Shown here piece by piece: positions 50,777-58,638 of a stretch of 64,000 nt of DNA; position 1 is the stretch's first letter; each line of letters opens with the position of its first letter. This DNA is from a virus. The stretch spans positions 1-64,000 of IMG/VR virus record IMGVR_UViG_3300003322_000423; one strand, written 5' to 3'. The notes beneath the pieces were generated by a model. It searched no databases. It was not told the origin of the DNA and was given only the letters and a program-made list of their open reading frames with translations. Both the position numbers and the translations under genes were made by a program.

Positions 50777-51774
50777 TGGCATTGAAAATCGGTAATGGTC
50801 TAGATCTACTAAACCAGAGAATTGTTAACGTAGGTGACCCTACAGGTGCTGCTGATGCAGCTAACAAACAATATGTTGACAACGTAGCACGCGGCTTAAA
50901 CTGGAAAGAAGAAGTCAAGGCTGCCACTACAACAACTCTTGCAGCAAACACCTACAGCGCTGGAGGTAAGACTCTTACAGCCAACGCCAACGGGGCTCTG
51001 TCTACAATTGACGGTGTAAGCTTAAGTGTCAATGACCGTGTATTAGTCAAAGATGAAGCAACTGGCTCTAATAACGGCATTTACACTGTAACCTCTCTCG
51101 GCAGTGGTGCTGCACCTTGGGTATTCACCCGAGCGGTAGATGCTGATACTACAGCAGAATTTGCCAAGGGTTGTACTGTAACCGTAATGGCTGGTACTGC
51201 AAACGGCGACAAGGCGTTTACTCTTACCAACGATACGGCCCCAACGCTTGATTCAAGTTCTCTTACCTTTGGTGTTGTAGGCGGTGGACAGACCTATACC
51301 GCAGGAAACGGTCTGACAGGAAGCACAACATTTTCCGTGTTGGCTAATGGTACATCTATAGATGTATCTTCCTCAGGTATTAAGATTGCGGATGCCGCAG
51401 CCGGTAACGGTCTGGGTGTTTCAGCCGGTATTCTTAGCGTAAACGCTGGGACAGGTCTGGAAATAAACACAGATAACCTCAGAATTGCTACAACTGCTGC
51501 TGGTACAGGTCTTACAGGTGGTGGTGGTTCCGCATTAAGTATTGACACTACCCTGACTTGCCGCAGGTATTCCACACTTATTGGTAATGGTTCTTCTACA
51601 GCTATCACCGTAACCCATAACCTTAATACCAAGGATATAACGTGGAGCATCCGAGACACAGCAGATGACTCTTTTGTGTTTGCAGATGTAGTAGCTACAA
51701 GCTCTACTCAGGCTACATTTACCTTTGCTACAGCTCCGGCCAGCAATAAATACAGCGTCACAATTACAGGCTAA
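50776..51774 (+). CDS. Fibre-like virion protein
   Basis: DAANKQYVD, DRVLVKDE...NGIY, AG.GL repeats, THNLNT. Confidence 0.75.
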   Translation: MALKIGNGLDLLNQRIVNVGDPTGAADAANKQYVDNVARGLNWKEEVKAATTTTLAANTYSAGGKTLTANANGALSTIDGVSLSVNDRVLVKDEATGSNNGIYTVTSLGSGAAPWVFTRAVDADTTAEFAKGCTVTVMAGTANGDKAFTLTNDTAPTLDSSSLTFGVVGGGQTYTAGNGLTGSTTFSVLANGTSIDVSSSGIKIADAAAGNGLGVSAGILSVNAGTGLEINTDNLRIATTAAGTGLTGGGGSALSIDTTLTCRRYSTLIGNGSSTAITVTHNLNTKDITWSIRDTADDSFVFADVVATSSTQATFTFATAPASNKYSVTITG

Positions 51775-51793
51775 TAGCTAAGGGAGGGCAGCT

Positions 51794-53554
51794 ATGCCTA
51801 AAAATGTAATGCCGGATAAAACTCTAGAGGCGTTTACAACTCAGGCATTTGCCTCTGTCTTTACTCCGGATATCTCCAATGCGAGTATGGTGCAGGTCAC
51901 TCTGACAGGTTTGATGTCTCAGGTAAATTCACCTACGGGTAGAACCTTTGGGGTATTCACCCTGTCGTTTGTCCAGAATGCCACTGGGGGCAACCTTGTA
52001 GGTTGGAACACCACAGACTACCCTGATTTCTCTGGAAGCGGGTGGACCCCCAATTTGGCCGCTAACTCTGTGTCCAGCATATCCTTTTACTATGATTCTA
52101 ACTCAAGTAAATGGCGCCCTTTCGCCTCTTTCAATGGGGATGTGTGGGCGTTCCAAAGCTCTGGCACAGCTAACGGTAACAACGTTCTCCGGGTGGGTAA
52201 CAAAAGTCTAGGGTCAGATGCTAATGGTATAACCACCAGTACCCTTACAGCGTCAACGGTTTTGCAAAGCCCCACTATACAAGGGAGTACCTCTTCTGGC
52301 GGTACTCTGACTCTTACATCTACAAGCAATGCCACAAAGGGGAAAATCCTTTTCGGTACATCAGCCTACGATCAAGTCAACAACCGACTCGGTATCGGCA
52401 ACAACGCCCCGGGTGTAGAGCTTGATGTAACTGGTTCTGCTGCTGTAAGCACTGCTGTCACCTCCCCCACCCATAGAGGAGCTACTACCTCGGGTGGAAA
52501 CATGACGTTGCAATCAACGTCAAATGCCACCAAGGGGAAGATTCTTTTTGGTACCTCGGCATACGATGAAGTAAACAACAGGCTGGGTATAGCCAACAGC
52601 GCTCCTGGTGTTGCCCTAGATGTCACCGGCGCTGCCGCCGTTAGTACCAGCGTTACTACCCCGACTGTCAGCGGTTCATCCTCTGCCTCGGGGACTCTGA
52701 CACTTGGTTCTACCTCTAATGCCACTAAAGGGAAAATCCTATTCGGCACGTCAGCCTATGATGAGGTCAACAACCGCCTAGGTGTTTCAAATGCAAGCCC
52801 TGCCGTAGCCTTAGATGTAACTGGCTCAGGCAATATAACTTCTGACTTGACTGTTCCTACCATTCAGGGAAGTTCTAGTTCGGGCGGTACGTTAACCCTC
52901 AAATCCACTACAAACGCGACTAAGGGCAAGGTGCTGTTCGGAACCTCTGCTTACGATGAGGTCAACAACAGGCTAGGTATCGCTAACTCGTCCCCCACGG
53001 CACCTCTGGACGTTACAGGGGCAGGAGTATTCTCCAGCACTGTGACTGCTGCTGACCCTACAGCTTCTACTCACCTGGCCACAAAGAACTATGTAGATCA
53101 ACGGCAATTAGGGTCTTTGGTTAGTAGCGCAACAGCTATTGGTACTACTATTACAGCTACAGGTATGAGCATCTCTAGTGTCCCAGCAGGTTCCTGGACT
53201 TTATATGCTTATATACCTGTAGTAACTGTCGGTACTACCATGTCTTGTACCATAACACTATCCCCTAGTAGTGGGCCCACAGTAACTTCTTTGTTTTATA
53301 ACTGGAATAGAACCACACTTACTACTACTCTGGCTTCATCATCCCAAAACACCGTTATACCCTCATCACAGGCATTTAATCAAAGTCCTAGTATATATGG
53401 TACAACTAATACGGCAGGTACCTACCTAATAGAACTACAGGGGGGTATGGTATCCACCACTTCGGGAACCATCAGTATAAGTATGACTCGAACCGGGGGC
53501 ACTTCCATCACGGTACAACCGGGCTCCTACCTTAGACTTGAAAGAGTTGGTTAA
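51794..53554 (+). CDS. Fibre protein with four internal repeats
   Basis: 4 x STSNATKGKILFGTSAYDEVNNRLG....P...LDVTG at about 65-aa spacing. Confidence 0.75.
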   Translation: MPKNVMPDKTLEAFTTQAFASVFTPDISNASMVQVTLTGLMSQVNSPTGRTFGVFTLSFVQNATGGNLVGWNTTDYPDFSGSGWTPNLAANSVSSISFYYDSNSSKWRPFASFNGDVWAFQSSGTANGNNVLRVGNKSLGSDANGITTSTLTASTVLQSPTIQGSTSSGGTLTLTSTSNATKGKILFGTSAYDQVNNRLGIGNNAPGVELDVTGSAAVSTAVTSPTHRGATTSGGNMTLQSTSNATKGKILFGTSAYDEVNNRLGIANSAPGVALDVTGAAAVSTSVTTPTVSGSSSASGTLTLGSTSNATKGKILFGTSAYDEVNNRLGVSNASPAVALDVTGSGNITSDLTVPTIQGSSSSGGTLTLKSTTNATKGKVLFGTSAYDEVNNRLGIANSSPTAPLDVTGAGVFSSTVTAADPTASTHLATKNYVDQRQLGSLVSSATAIGTTITATGMSISSVPAGSWTLYAYIPVVTVGTTMSCTITLSPSSGPTVTSLFYNWNRTTLTTTLASSSQNTVIPSSQAFNQSPSIYGTTNTAGTYLIELQGGMVSTTSGTISISMTRTGGTSITVQPGSYLRLERVG

Positions 53555-53555
53555 C

Positions 53556-53789
53556 ATGGTATTAGGCTTAACACCTGAGGCATACATTGTATATTACTTA
53601 CCAGATCTGTTAAACAATCCTGTGGTAGCCTCAGTGAATGGCGGGCTGCTATTCTTCAGATCTTATTCAGATGCAAAACAAGCAGCAGAGATCTTTCTAG
53701 CATCTTTTACAGACCCTGAGCATTACGGACCACCTCCGTACGTATGGATACAACCAGCCTCTAAACTATGGATTAATGGAGTAGACTAA
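53556..53789 (+). CDS. Hypothetical protein
   Basis: Short ORF directly after the fibre gene; lower GC. Confidence 0.55.
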   Translation: MVLGLTPEAYIVYYLPDLLNNPVVASVNGGLLFFRSYSDAKQAAEIFLASFTDPEHYGPPPYVWIQPASKLWINGVD

Positions 53790-54085
53790 TGTTTGAACCA
53801 AGTTACCCTGAAACCTTCAATAAACTCTACTGGTTCTATTACACTTCTATTGTTTATTGGGACGATTCTGGAGAAACTCAAGAAGCCTATCTGGTTCTAG
53901 CTTCTGGAATAGAGGATGATCTATATACACGTGCGGAAGAGGGGCACAATTTGCTGATGTCTGGAGAAGTACCATTTATCAGTCTCCCAGAAACGGGCGG
54001 TAGGTTTTTAAATATAAATTCTGTAATATCCATAGGGCCGATAGAATCTGTGTATAAAAACTACATTGCAACTATAGACGAGTAA
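53789..54085 (+). CDS. Hypothetical protein
   Basis: TAATG overlap; lower GC. Confidence 0.6.
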   Translation: MFEPSYPETFNKLYWFYYTSIVYWDDSGETQEAYLVLASGIEDDLYTRAEEGHNLLMSGEVPFISLPETGGRFLNINSVISIGPIESVYKNYIATIDE

Positions 54086-54108
54086 TATTATCGTTAATGC
54101 CATATACT

Positions 54109-54142
54109 CAAAGGTGAGGTAAACTGCTACTTCACCTTTTTA
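54109..54142 (+). terminator. Terminator
   Basis: AAAGGTGAGGTA...TACTTCACCTTTTT. Confidence 0.7.
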
Positions 54143-54153
54143 TTTAGTCGCCA

Positions 54154-54369
54154 TCACCAGAGGTGAAGAAACAGCCAGGTGAAGAACCCGGCAAACACAG
54201 CCTTACCCAGCTTGCTCTTCTTATGAACCCCCAGAACCTCCCGGAGATGGAAGCTCAGGGGCGCGTGGGGGTGCTTGGTGCGCAGAGCCTGCGTCTCAGC
54301 AGCAGCAAAGAACGTAGCCCACGCAATCCACACAAGTCTCCAGCGTTGTACATCAGAAAGCTTGTTCAT
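54154..54369 (-). CDS. Small membrane protein
   Basis: GGAGGT RBS; W..W...F...E...PLS..LR; C-terminal WL..H. Confidence 0.65.
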   Translation of the reverse strand: MNKLSDVQRWRLVWIAWATFFAAAETQALRTKHPHAPLSFHLREVLGVHKKSKLGKAVFAGFFTWLFLHLW

Positions 54370-54417
54370 GGTCCACCTCCGACTCAAGCGACTAATCTAA
54401 CTAAATTGTGGCACACG

Positions 54418-54448
54418 AAAGCCCCTTACGCAAGACGTAGGGGGCTTA
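54418..54448 (-). terminator. Terminator of the tRNA operon
   Basis: AAGCCCCTTACG-CAAGA-CGTAGGGGGCTT immediately after the last tRNA. Confidence 0.75.
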
Positions 54449-54452
54449 AAAG

Positions 54453-54526
54453 TGGTGGCGCCGCCCCGAGTCGCACGGGGGTCAAAGGGTTATGAGCCCT
54501 TTATGGAACTCCTCCACTACAGCGCA
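54453..54526 (-). tRNA. tRNA-fMet (CAT), CCA encoded
   Basis: Three G-C pairs closing the anticodon stem, 1:72 mismatch, T-loop UGCGACU. Confidence 0.8.
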
Positions 54527-54527
54527 G

Positions 54528-54601
54528 TAGTTCTGACGGGATTCGAACCCGTGATCTTCTCCTTATGAGGGAGCTGCCCTAAACCACTAGGCCACAGAAC
54601 T
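54528..54601 (-). tRNA. tRNA-Met or Ile2 (CAT)
   Basis: Cloverleaf; loop CTCATAA. Confidence 0.8.
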
Positions 54602-54672
54602 ATAGAAAGGAACAATGTCAGGTACAGCCGTGTCTCCTGATGTGGCCTGGCCCAGCTACTCATTGTTCCTTG

Positions 54673-54747
54673 TTCCACCGACGGGATTTGAACCCGTGAC
54701 CAACACATTATCAGTGTGTCACTCTTACCAGACTGAGTTACGGTGGA
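54673..54747 (-). tRNA. tRNA-Ile (GAT)
   Basis: ACACA-CTGATAA-TGTGT. Confidence 0.9.
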
Positions 54748-54826
54748 GATGTGACGGTTTTCCTGAGGCCCTACTTAAAGGATGCTGCGCTCTTGCCCCT
54801 CAGAGGTCGAACCGTCAAACCTCGCG

Positions 54827-54899
54827 CGACCTAGACGGGGATCGAACCCGCGACTTCCACCTTGACAGGGTGGTGCTCTAACCACTGAACTACTAGGCC
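54827..54899 (-). tRNA. tRNA-Asp (GTC)
   Basis: CCACC-CTGTCAA-GGTGG. Confidence 0.92.
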
Positions 54900-55083
54900 A
54901 AAACCCTGCCCACAAGGAACAGGATGGGTTATAAATTATACACATATTTCGTAAGGTTCAAGAGACTTTCCCACCTGGTACAGAGGTGTTCTCCATTGCT
55001 ACTTACGATCCTTTATTACCCGTCTCTTTTCAGGGAGCGATTCCGTGTACCCGGCAGACGGAGCGTGATGTGTTTACGCCGCG

Positions 55084-55160
55084 TGGAGCTAGACCGAATT
55101 GCACGGTCCTCCGGAAGCCTCCGCATGCGGCCCTACTTCCGTCGAAACTAAATTAGCCCC
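55084..55160 (-). ncRNA. Mini-tmRNA-like RNA (tRNA-like domain only, no mRNA-like domain)
   Basis: GGGGCUA/UAGCUCC-A acceptor with G3.U, unpaired D-loop ending UUCGAC, GGAAGU/GCUUCC helix, GGAG linker, T-arm. Confidence 0.7.
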
Positions 55161-55207
55161 TTGCCCGGTTTTTGTGTATACCTGAACCGTGGTGACAAAA
55201 CAGGTAG

Positions 55208-55280
55208 TGGAGATGACAGGACTCGAACCCGCCGCCTTCTGCGTGCAAAGCAGACGCTCTTCCCGATGAGCTACATCCCC
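55208..55280 (-). tRNA. tRNA-Ala (TGC)
   Basis: G3.U70; loop TTTGCAC. Confidence 0.92.
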
Positions 55281-55336
55281 AAACCAGGTTTTTGATAACG
55301 CAGAACCCCGTCTCCCGAAAACTGCGTGTCTAAGTG

Positions 55337-56452
55337 TTATTCGTTGCAATTACAGTCTAATTGTAGCGGAGGTTCCCAGATTTGTCCATCCCCTGGAACC
55401 TGCGATTTAGGCTGATAGTCCAGCGGACTGAACAACAGATTTGCATTCGTCTCGTTACGTGTACCAAGCCATAGATCTACACCTTGATATGGTACACCGT
55501 CGACCACGCTGACTGTTCTGGGCTGTCCGCCACATGAGGCCCCGTTGAAGATGCGACGCCCGTATACCGGCGCACCCCAACCGACGTTCCCGGGAGCTGT
55601 CCAGCCGCTGTAGAGACTGGAACTAGTGGCATATCCGATCGGGGTACCTGCACAGTAGCCGCATCCCTGATCAGAATATGTTATCACATATTCCTGTGAT
55701 CTTTCATCCCAGAAACCGCCGGGACCTTCCGTATGACTCAGACTTGCCACATTCGTGACACCTAGAGCCGTCCCCCCGCTACCCCAGTAATTCAATTGCT
55801 GGATATTCATTCCAGTATTGCCGGGAAGAGTGCAGATGATAGCTGGTGGTCCGGAGCGAGCCTGGATTATACCGAAGTCCCCGTTGCCCGTACAGATACT
55901 CAGATTAGGTTTGTTGTATGAGCCCCAGGGCTTTCCTGCATTAGGCCCACAAGGTCCGGCAGGCCCGTTGCATCCCATAACGTTATACCCGCTCTGGGCG
56001 CCGTCAGACTTGTGCCTAGGGGCGTTGAACCAGAGTATGAACGCGCCGTCGTTGTGGCCCCAGCCTGTACGCTGGATCATCCGAGGATTGAAACATCCCT
56101 GGCCGGTACCACCACACGTGGTCTGCCACGAAACCTTCTTGTACGGGTCCTGTTCGTTAGGGTTGAACAACAGCTTAGGTTCAGACCATGGACCCTCTAT
56201 GCTCTGGGAGGTGCTCACACCGAAGCCACAGAAAGGTGTGTTTTTGATACTCCACTGGAAACCACATTTGTACATGGTTCCGTACAGGTAATAGGTGTTC
56301 CCGAACTTGGCTAAATGTCCATCGTGAAGATCTACACCCTGAATGTTCAGAGGTCTAGGATCAGACTGAGTCTCGGCGTTTACAGGTCCGGAAAATAAAA
56401 ATACAGTTGCCGTTACGACAACTGCGACAAGTAATCTATATAGCCGTTTCAC
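55337..56452 (-). CDS. Secreted glycoside hydrolase (GH43-like five-bladed beta-propeller)
   Basis: Signal peptide; LHDG.....G.TYYLYG; GPW; EGP; repeated blades. Confidence 0.7.
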   Translation of the reverse strand: MKRLYRLLVAVVVTATVFLFSGPVNAETQSDPRPLNIQGVDLHDGHLAKFGNTYYLYGTMYKCGFQWSIKNTPFCGFGVSTSQSIEGPWSEPKLLFNPNEQDPYKKVSWQTTCGGTGQGCFNPRMIQRTGWGHNDGAFILWFNAPRHKSDGAQSGYNVMGCNGPAGPCGPNAGKPWGSYNKPNLSICTGNGDFGIIQARSGPPAIICTLPGNTGMNIQQLNYWGSGGTALGVTNVASLSHTEGPGGFWDERSQEYVITYSDQGCGYCAGTPIGYATSSSLYSGWTAPGNVGWGAPVYGRRIFNGASCGGQPRTVSVVDGVPYQGVDLWLGTRNETNANLLFSPLDYQPKSQVPGDGQIWEPPLQLDCNCNE

Positions 56453-56473
56453 TGCCCTCTCCTAATAGATAAG

Positions 56474-56547
56474 TAGGCCCGTCGGGATTTGAACCCGCAT
56501 CACCTGTATATAAGACAGGCGCTCTTACCTGATTGAGCTACAGGCCC
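56474..56547 (-). tRNA. tRNA-Ile (TAT)
   Basis: CCTGT-CTTATAT-ACAGG. Confidence 0.85.
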
Positions 56548-56722
56548 ATTGACACTAACCAAGTCTAGGTGTCTGTCCGTGTCATCTGTCTCCGACTACC
56601 GGCTTGTCACTTGGAAATTCTCTCTGATCCGGATGACACTTCGTCCAGAGAACGGGCCTGTGTCGTGGCCCCAGTGCTTGCAGTATCTTACTGACAGATG
56701 GTGTTCAGACTTACAAGCAAAG

Positions 56723-56807
56723 CGGAAGCGGTGGGACTCGAACCCACAAGGATTGGTTACCCAGCCGCTTTCAAGGCGGTGTATCTCTCCCATGTGACAG
56801 CACTTCC
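56723..56807 (-). tRNA. tRNA-Ser (TGA)
   Basis: Loop CTTGAAA; long variable arm; G73. Confidence 0.85.
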
Positions 56808-56810
56808 AGG

Positions 56811-57203
56811 TTACTTCTTAAATCTTTGCCATGTTCGTTCTCTGTGGCAATTAGAACAAACCAAATCACACTTAGCTATTTCGGCTTTGATATCTTCAAC
56901 TGTAGCATGTCTATAGGTGATACCTATGTTGAATAACTTAATCTCATCAGGTCTGTGATCAAAATCCATAACATAGTGGGGGTACTGAACGCCACAATCC
57001 ATACAGGGCTTACCCGCCTTGTAGTCTTGGATGAATTGACGCTTTTCACCCCGCCTAACATGCTGTCTCGATATATTCTTATTCTTTTGATCTACGCCAC
57101 AGTAGTAGGACACAGTGGATTTAGAACATCCTAGTTCCTTAGCTATAGCGTTGTACGTGTAGCCAGCTTCTCTTAACCTAAAGATATCTGCCTCATATGT
57201 CAT
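56811..57203 (-). CDS. HTH + HNH endonuclease; leaderless
   Basis: YNAIAKELGCSKSTVSY; CMDCG...DFDH...EIAKCDLVCSNCHRERT. Confidence 0.88.
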   Translation of the reverse strand: MTYEADIFRLREAGYTYNAIAKELGCSKSTVSYYCGVDQKNKNISRQHVRRGEKRQFIQDYKAGKPCMDCGVQYPHYVMDFDHRPDEIKLFNIGITYRHATVEDIKAEIAKCDLVCSNCHRERTWQRFKK

Positions 57204-57226
57204 GAGGCAAGTATATCAAAGGTTCG

Positions 57227-57300
57227 AGGCCATTACCAGGATCGAACTGGTCCAATGTAGATTTGCAGTCTACCGCTTACTTCCAGCAAGCTCAATGGCC
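57227..57300 (-). tRNA. tRNA-Cys (GCA)
   Basis: GTAGA-CTGCAAA-TCTAC; U73. Confidence 0.88.
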
Positions 57301-57304
57301 ATTA

Positions 57305-57360
57305 GGTGCAGGTGCCGGGACTCGAACCCGGGAGTCATGACCTCCGACCGTCATCGCACC
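57305..57360 (-). ncRNA. D-armless tRNA-like element (56 nt)
   Basis: Perfect T-arm CCGGG-TTCGAGT-CCCGG, one further hairpin, GGTGC/GCACC closing stem. Confidence 0.6.
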
Positions 57361-57368
57361 ATTCCCAG

Positions 57369-57453
57369 CGGAAATGACAGGATTCGAACCTGCGGACCTG
57401 TTACAGTCTCTGCTTTAGCAAAACAGTGCTTTCACCCACTCAGCCACATTTCC
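57369..57453 (-). tRNA. tRNA-Ser (GCT)
   Basis: Loop TTGCTAA; long variable arm. Confidence 0.88.
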
Positions 57454-57456
57454 ATG

Positions 57457-57527
57457 TTCGTCCTACGGATTTCGATACCGCATCTTCGGGCACGTTCCCC
57501 GACGTTCTACCTTTGAACTAAGAACGA
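57457..57527 (-). tRNA. Atypical tRNA-like RNA (ACG centred in a non-canonical loop)
   Basis: Full cloverleaf, but loop GA-ACG-TG and an altered T-loop. Confidence 0.55.
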
Positions 57528-57530
57528 ATG

Positions 57531-57612
57531 TGCTAGAGGCCGGATTTGCACCGACACAGCCTGAGGCGACACTTTTACAGAGTGCGGGGCTCCACTAATG
57601 CCCAGCTCTAGC
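57531..57612 (-). tRNA. tRNA-Tyr (GTA)
   Basis: Loop CTGTAAA; variable arm; T-loop UGCAAAU. Confidence 0.85.
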
Positions 57613-57683
57613 GTGTGGGACCTTTTAACCGGAGTCCCAGACGGAGCATCTTCGGACCTCGTCCCGGTATGTGCTATACCCCG

Positions 57684-57756
57684 TACACCTAGAGAGACTC
57701 GAACTCCCATCCCTGGTTCCGTAGACCAGTGCTCTAATCCTTTGAGCTATAGGTGC
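57684..57756 (-). tRNA. tRNA-Arg (ACG)
   Basis: CTGGT-CTACGGA-ACCAG. Confidence 0.9.
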
Positions 57757-57874
57757 ATTGCCCTAAGCGCCTTGGTGGACGCCTTGCAAATCCGGGCCAG
57801 ACTCAGAGACTCTTGCTAGCTAGAATCTCACAGCGACGTGTCCGTATGAGGTAACAGCGGTCGACTGGCTTGCG

Positions 57875-57946
57875 TCCGGGTGGGGATAATCGAAATCCCT
57901 ATACGACTTCCCAAAAGTCGCGTGTTAACCATTACACTACACCCAG
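57875..57946 (-). tRNA. tRNA-Pro (TGG)
   Basis: CGACT-TTTGGGA-AGTCG. Confidence 0.85.
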
Positions 57947-57950
57947 TCAG

Positions 57951-58021
57951 AGCGATATAGGAGAATCGAACTCCTGTAGTCTGTTTGGAAGACAGAGGCT
58001 TTACCATTAAGCTAATATCGC
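57951..58021 (-). tRNA. tRNA-Gly (TCC)
   Basis: TCTGT-CTTCCAA-ACAGA; U73. Confidence 0.9.
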
Positions 58022-58071
58022 ATTGCTATTTTCGTCCACGTAGGCGCCCTGGAACCGGCATAGCTGCCTCG

Positions 58072-58143
58072 TACCCAGTAACAGATTCGAACTGTTGACA
58101 CGCGCGGTGTAAACGCGATGCTCTTCCCCTGAGCTAACCGGGT
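58072..58143 (-). tRNA. tRNA-Val (TAC)
   Basis: Loop TTTACAC. Confidence 0.88.
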
Positions 58144-58193
58144 TTATGGGCCCCCGGAAAGTTTATAGTCTGTCGGTTCCAGCCCTAGACTTG

Positions 58194-58266
58194 AGCCCCC
58201 AGTACGATTTGAACGCACGACCTGCCGCTTACAAGGCGGCTGCTCTAACCCCTGAGCTATGGAGGC
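58194..58266 (-). tRNA. tRNA-Thr (TGT)
   Basis: GCCGC-CTTGTAA-GCGGC. Confidence 0.9.
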
Positions 58267-58279
58267 ATGTATTTAGTTA

Positions 58280-58352
58280 TGTGACCACAGGGAATCGAAC
58301 CCTGATCTTGCGGACCACAACCGCGTGCACTAGCCATTGTGCTATGGTCACC
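58280..58352 (-). tRNA. tRNA-His (GTG)
   Basis: Loop TTGTGGT; G-1 present. Confidence 0.88.
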
Positions 58353-58353
58353 G

Positions 58354-58427
58354 CTCCCGATCTATGACTCGAACATAGAACCTCTGCGTCCAGAGCGCAG
58401 CGCAACTACCAATTGTGCTAATCGGGA
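58354..58427 (-). tRNA. tRNA-Gln (CTG)
   Basis: CTGCG-CTCTGGA-CGCAG; U1-A72; G73. Confidence 0.88.
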
Positions 58428-58546
58428 TTGATTCAGTTATAAGACCTTACTACCCGACGACCTCGTGCCGCCCTAACCTAACCATGAACGAGAGGGGTTG
58501 CAACCACTGTGACATCTCGTTCCCCTACTTTCCTCGTAAGGTCTCG

Positions 58547-58633
58547 CTCAGGTGGCTGGAATTGAACCAGCGAAGGATTTCTCCGAAACGGTTAACAGCC
58601 GCACCCAACATCGCCAACGGTTGGCCCACCTGA
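58547..58633 (-). tRNA. tRNA-Asn (GTT) with an atypical long variable arm
   Basis: GCGG-CTGTTAA-CCGT; extra GGA-GAAA-TCC hairpin; 5-bp D-stem. Confidence 0.8.
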
Positions 58634-58638
58634 TCGCT

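Noticed and set aside
54961-55083. Separate coding piece of a two-piece tmRNA next to the mini-tmRNA
   Set aside because: Gene order is not permuted and no tag-like ORF ending in Ala-Ala is visible; only generic hairpins
57758-57775. GCCCTAAGCG resembling the pistol ribozyme core
   Set aside because: On the non-transcribed strand, and the complementary pseudoknot partner is missing
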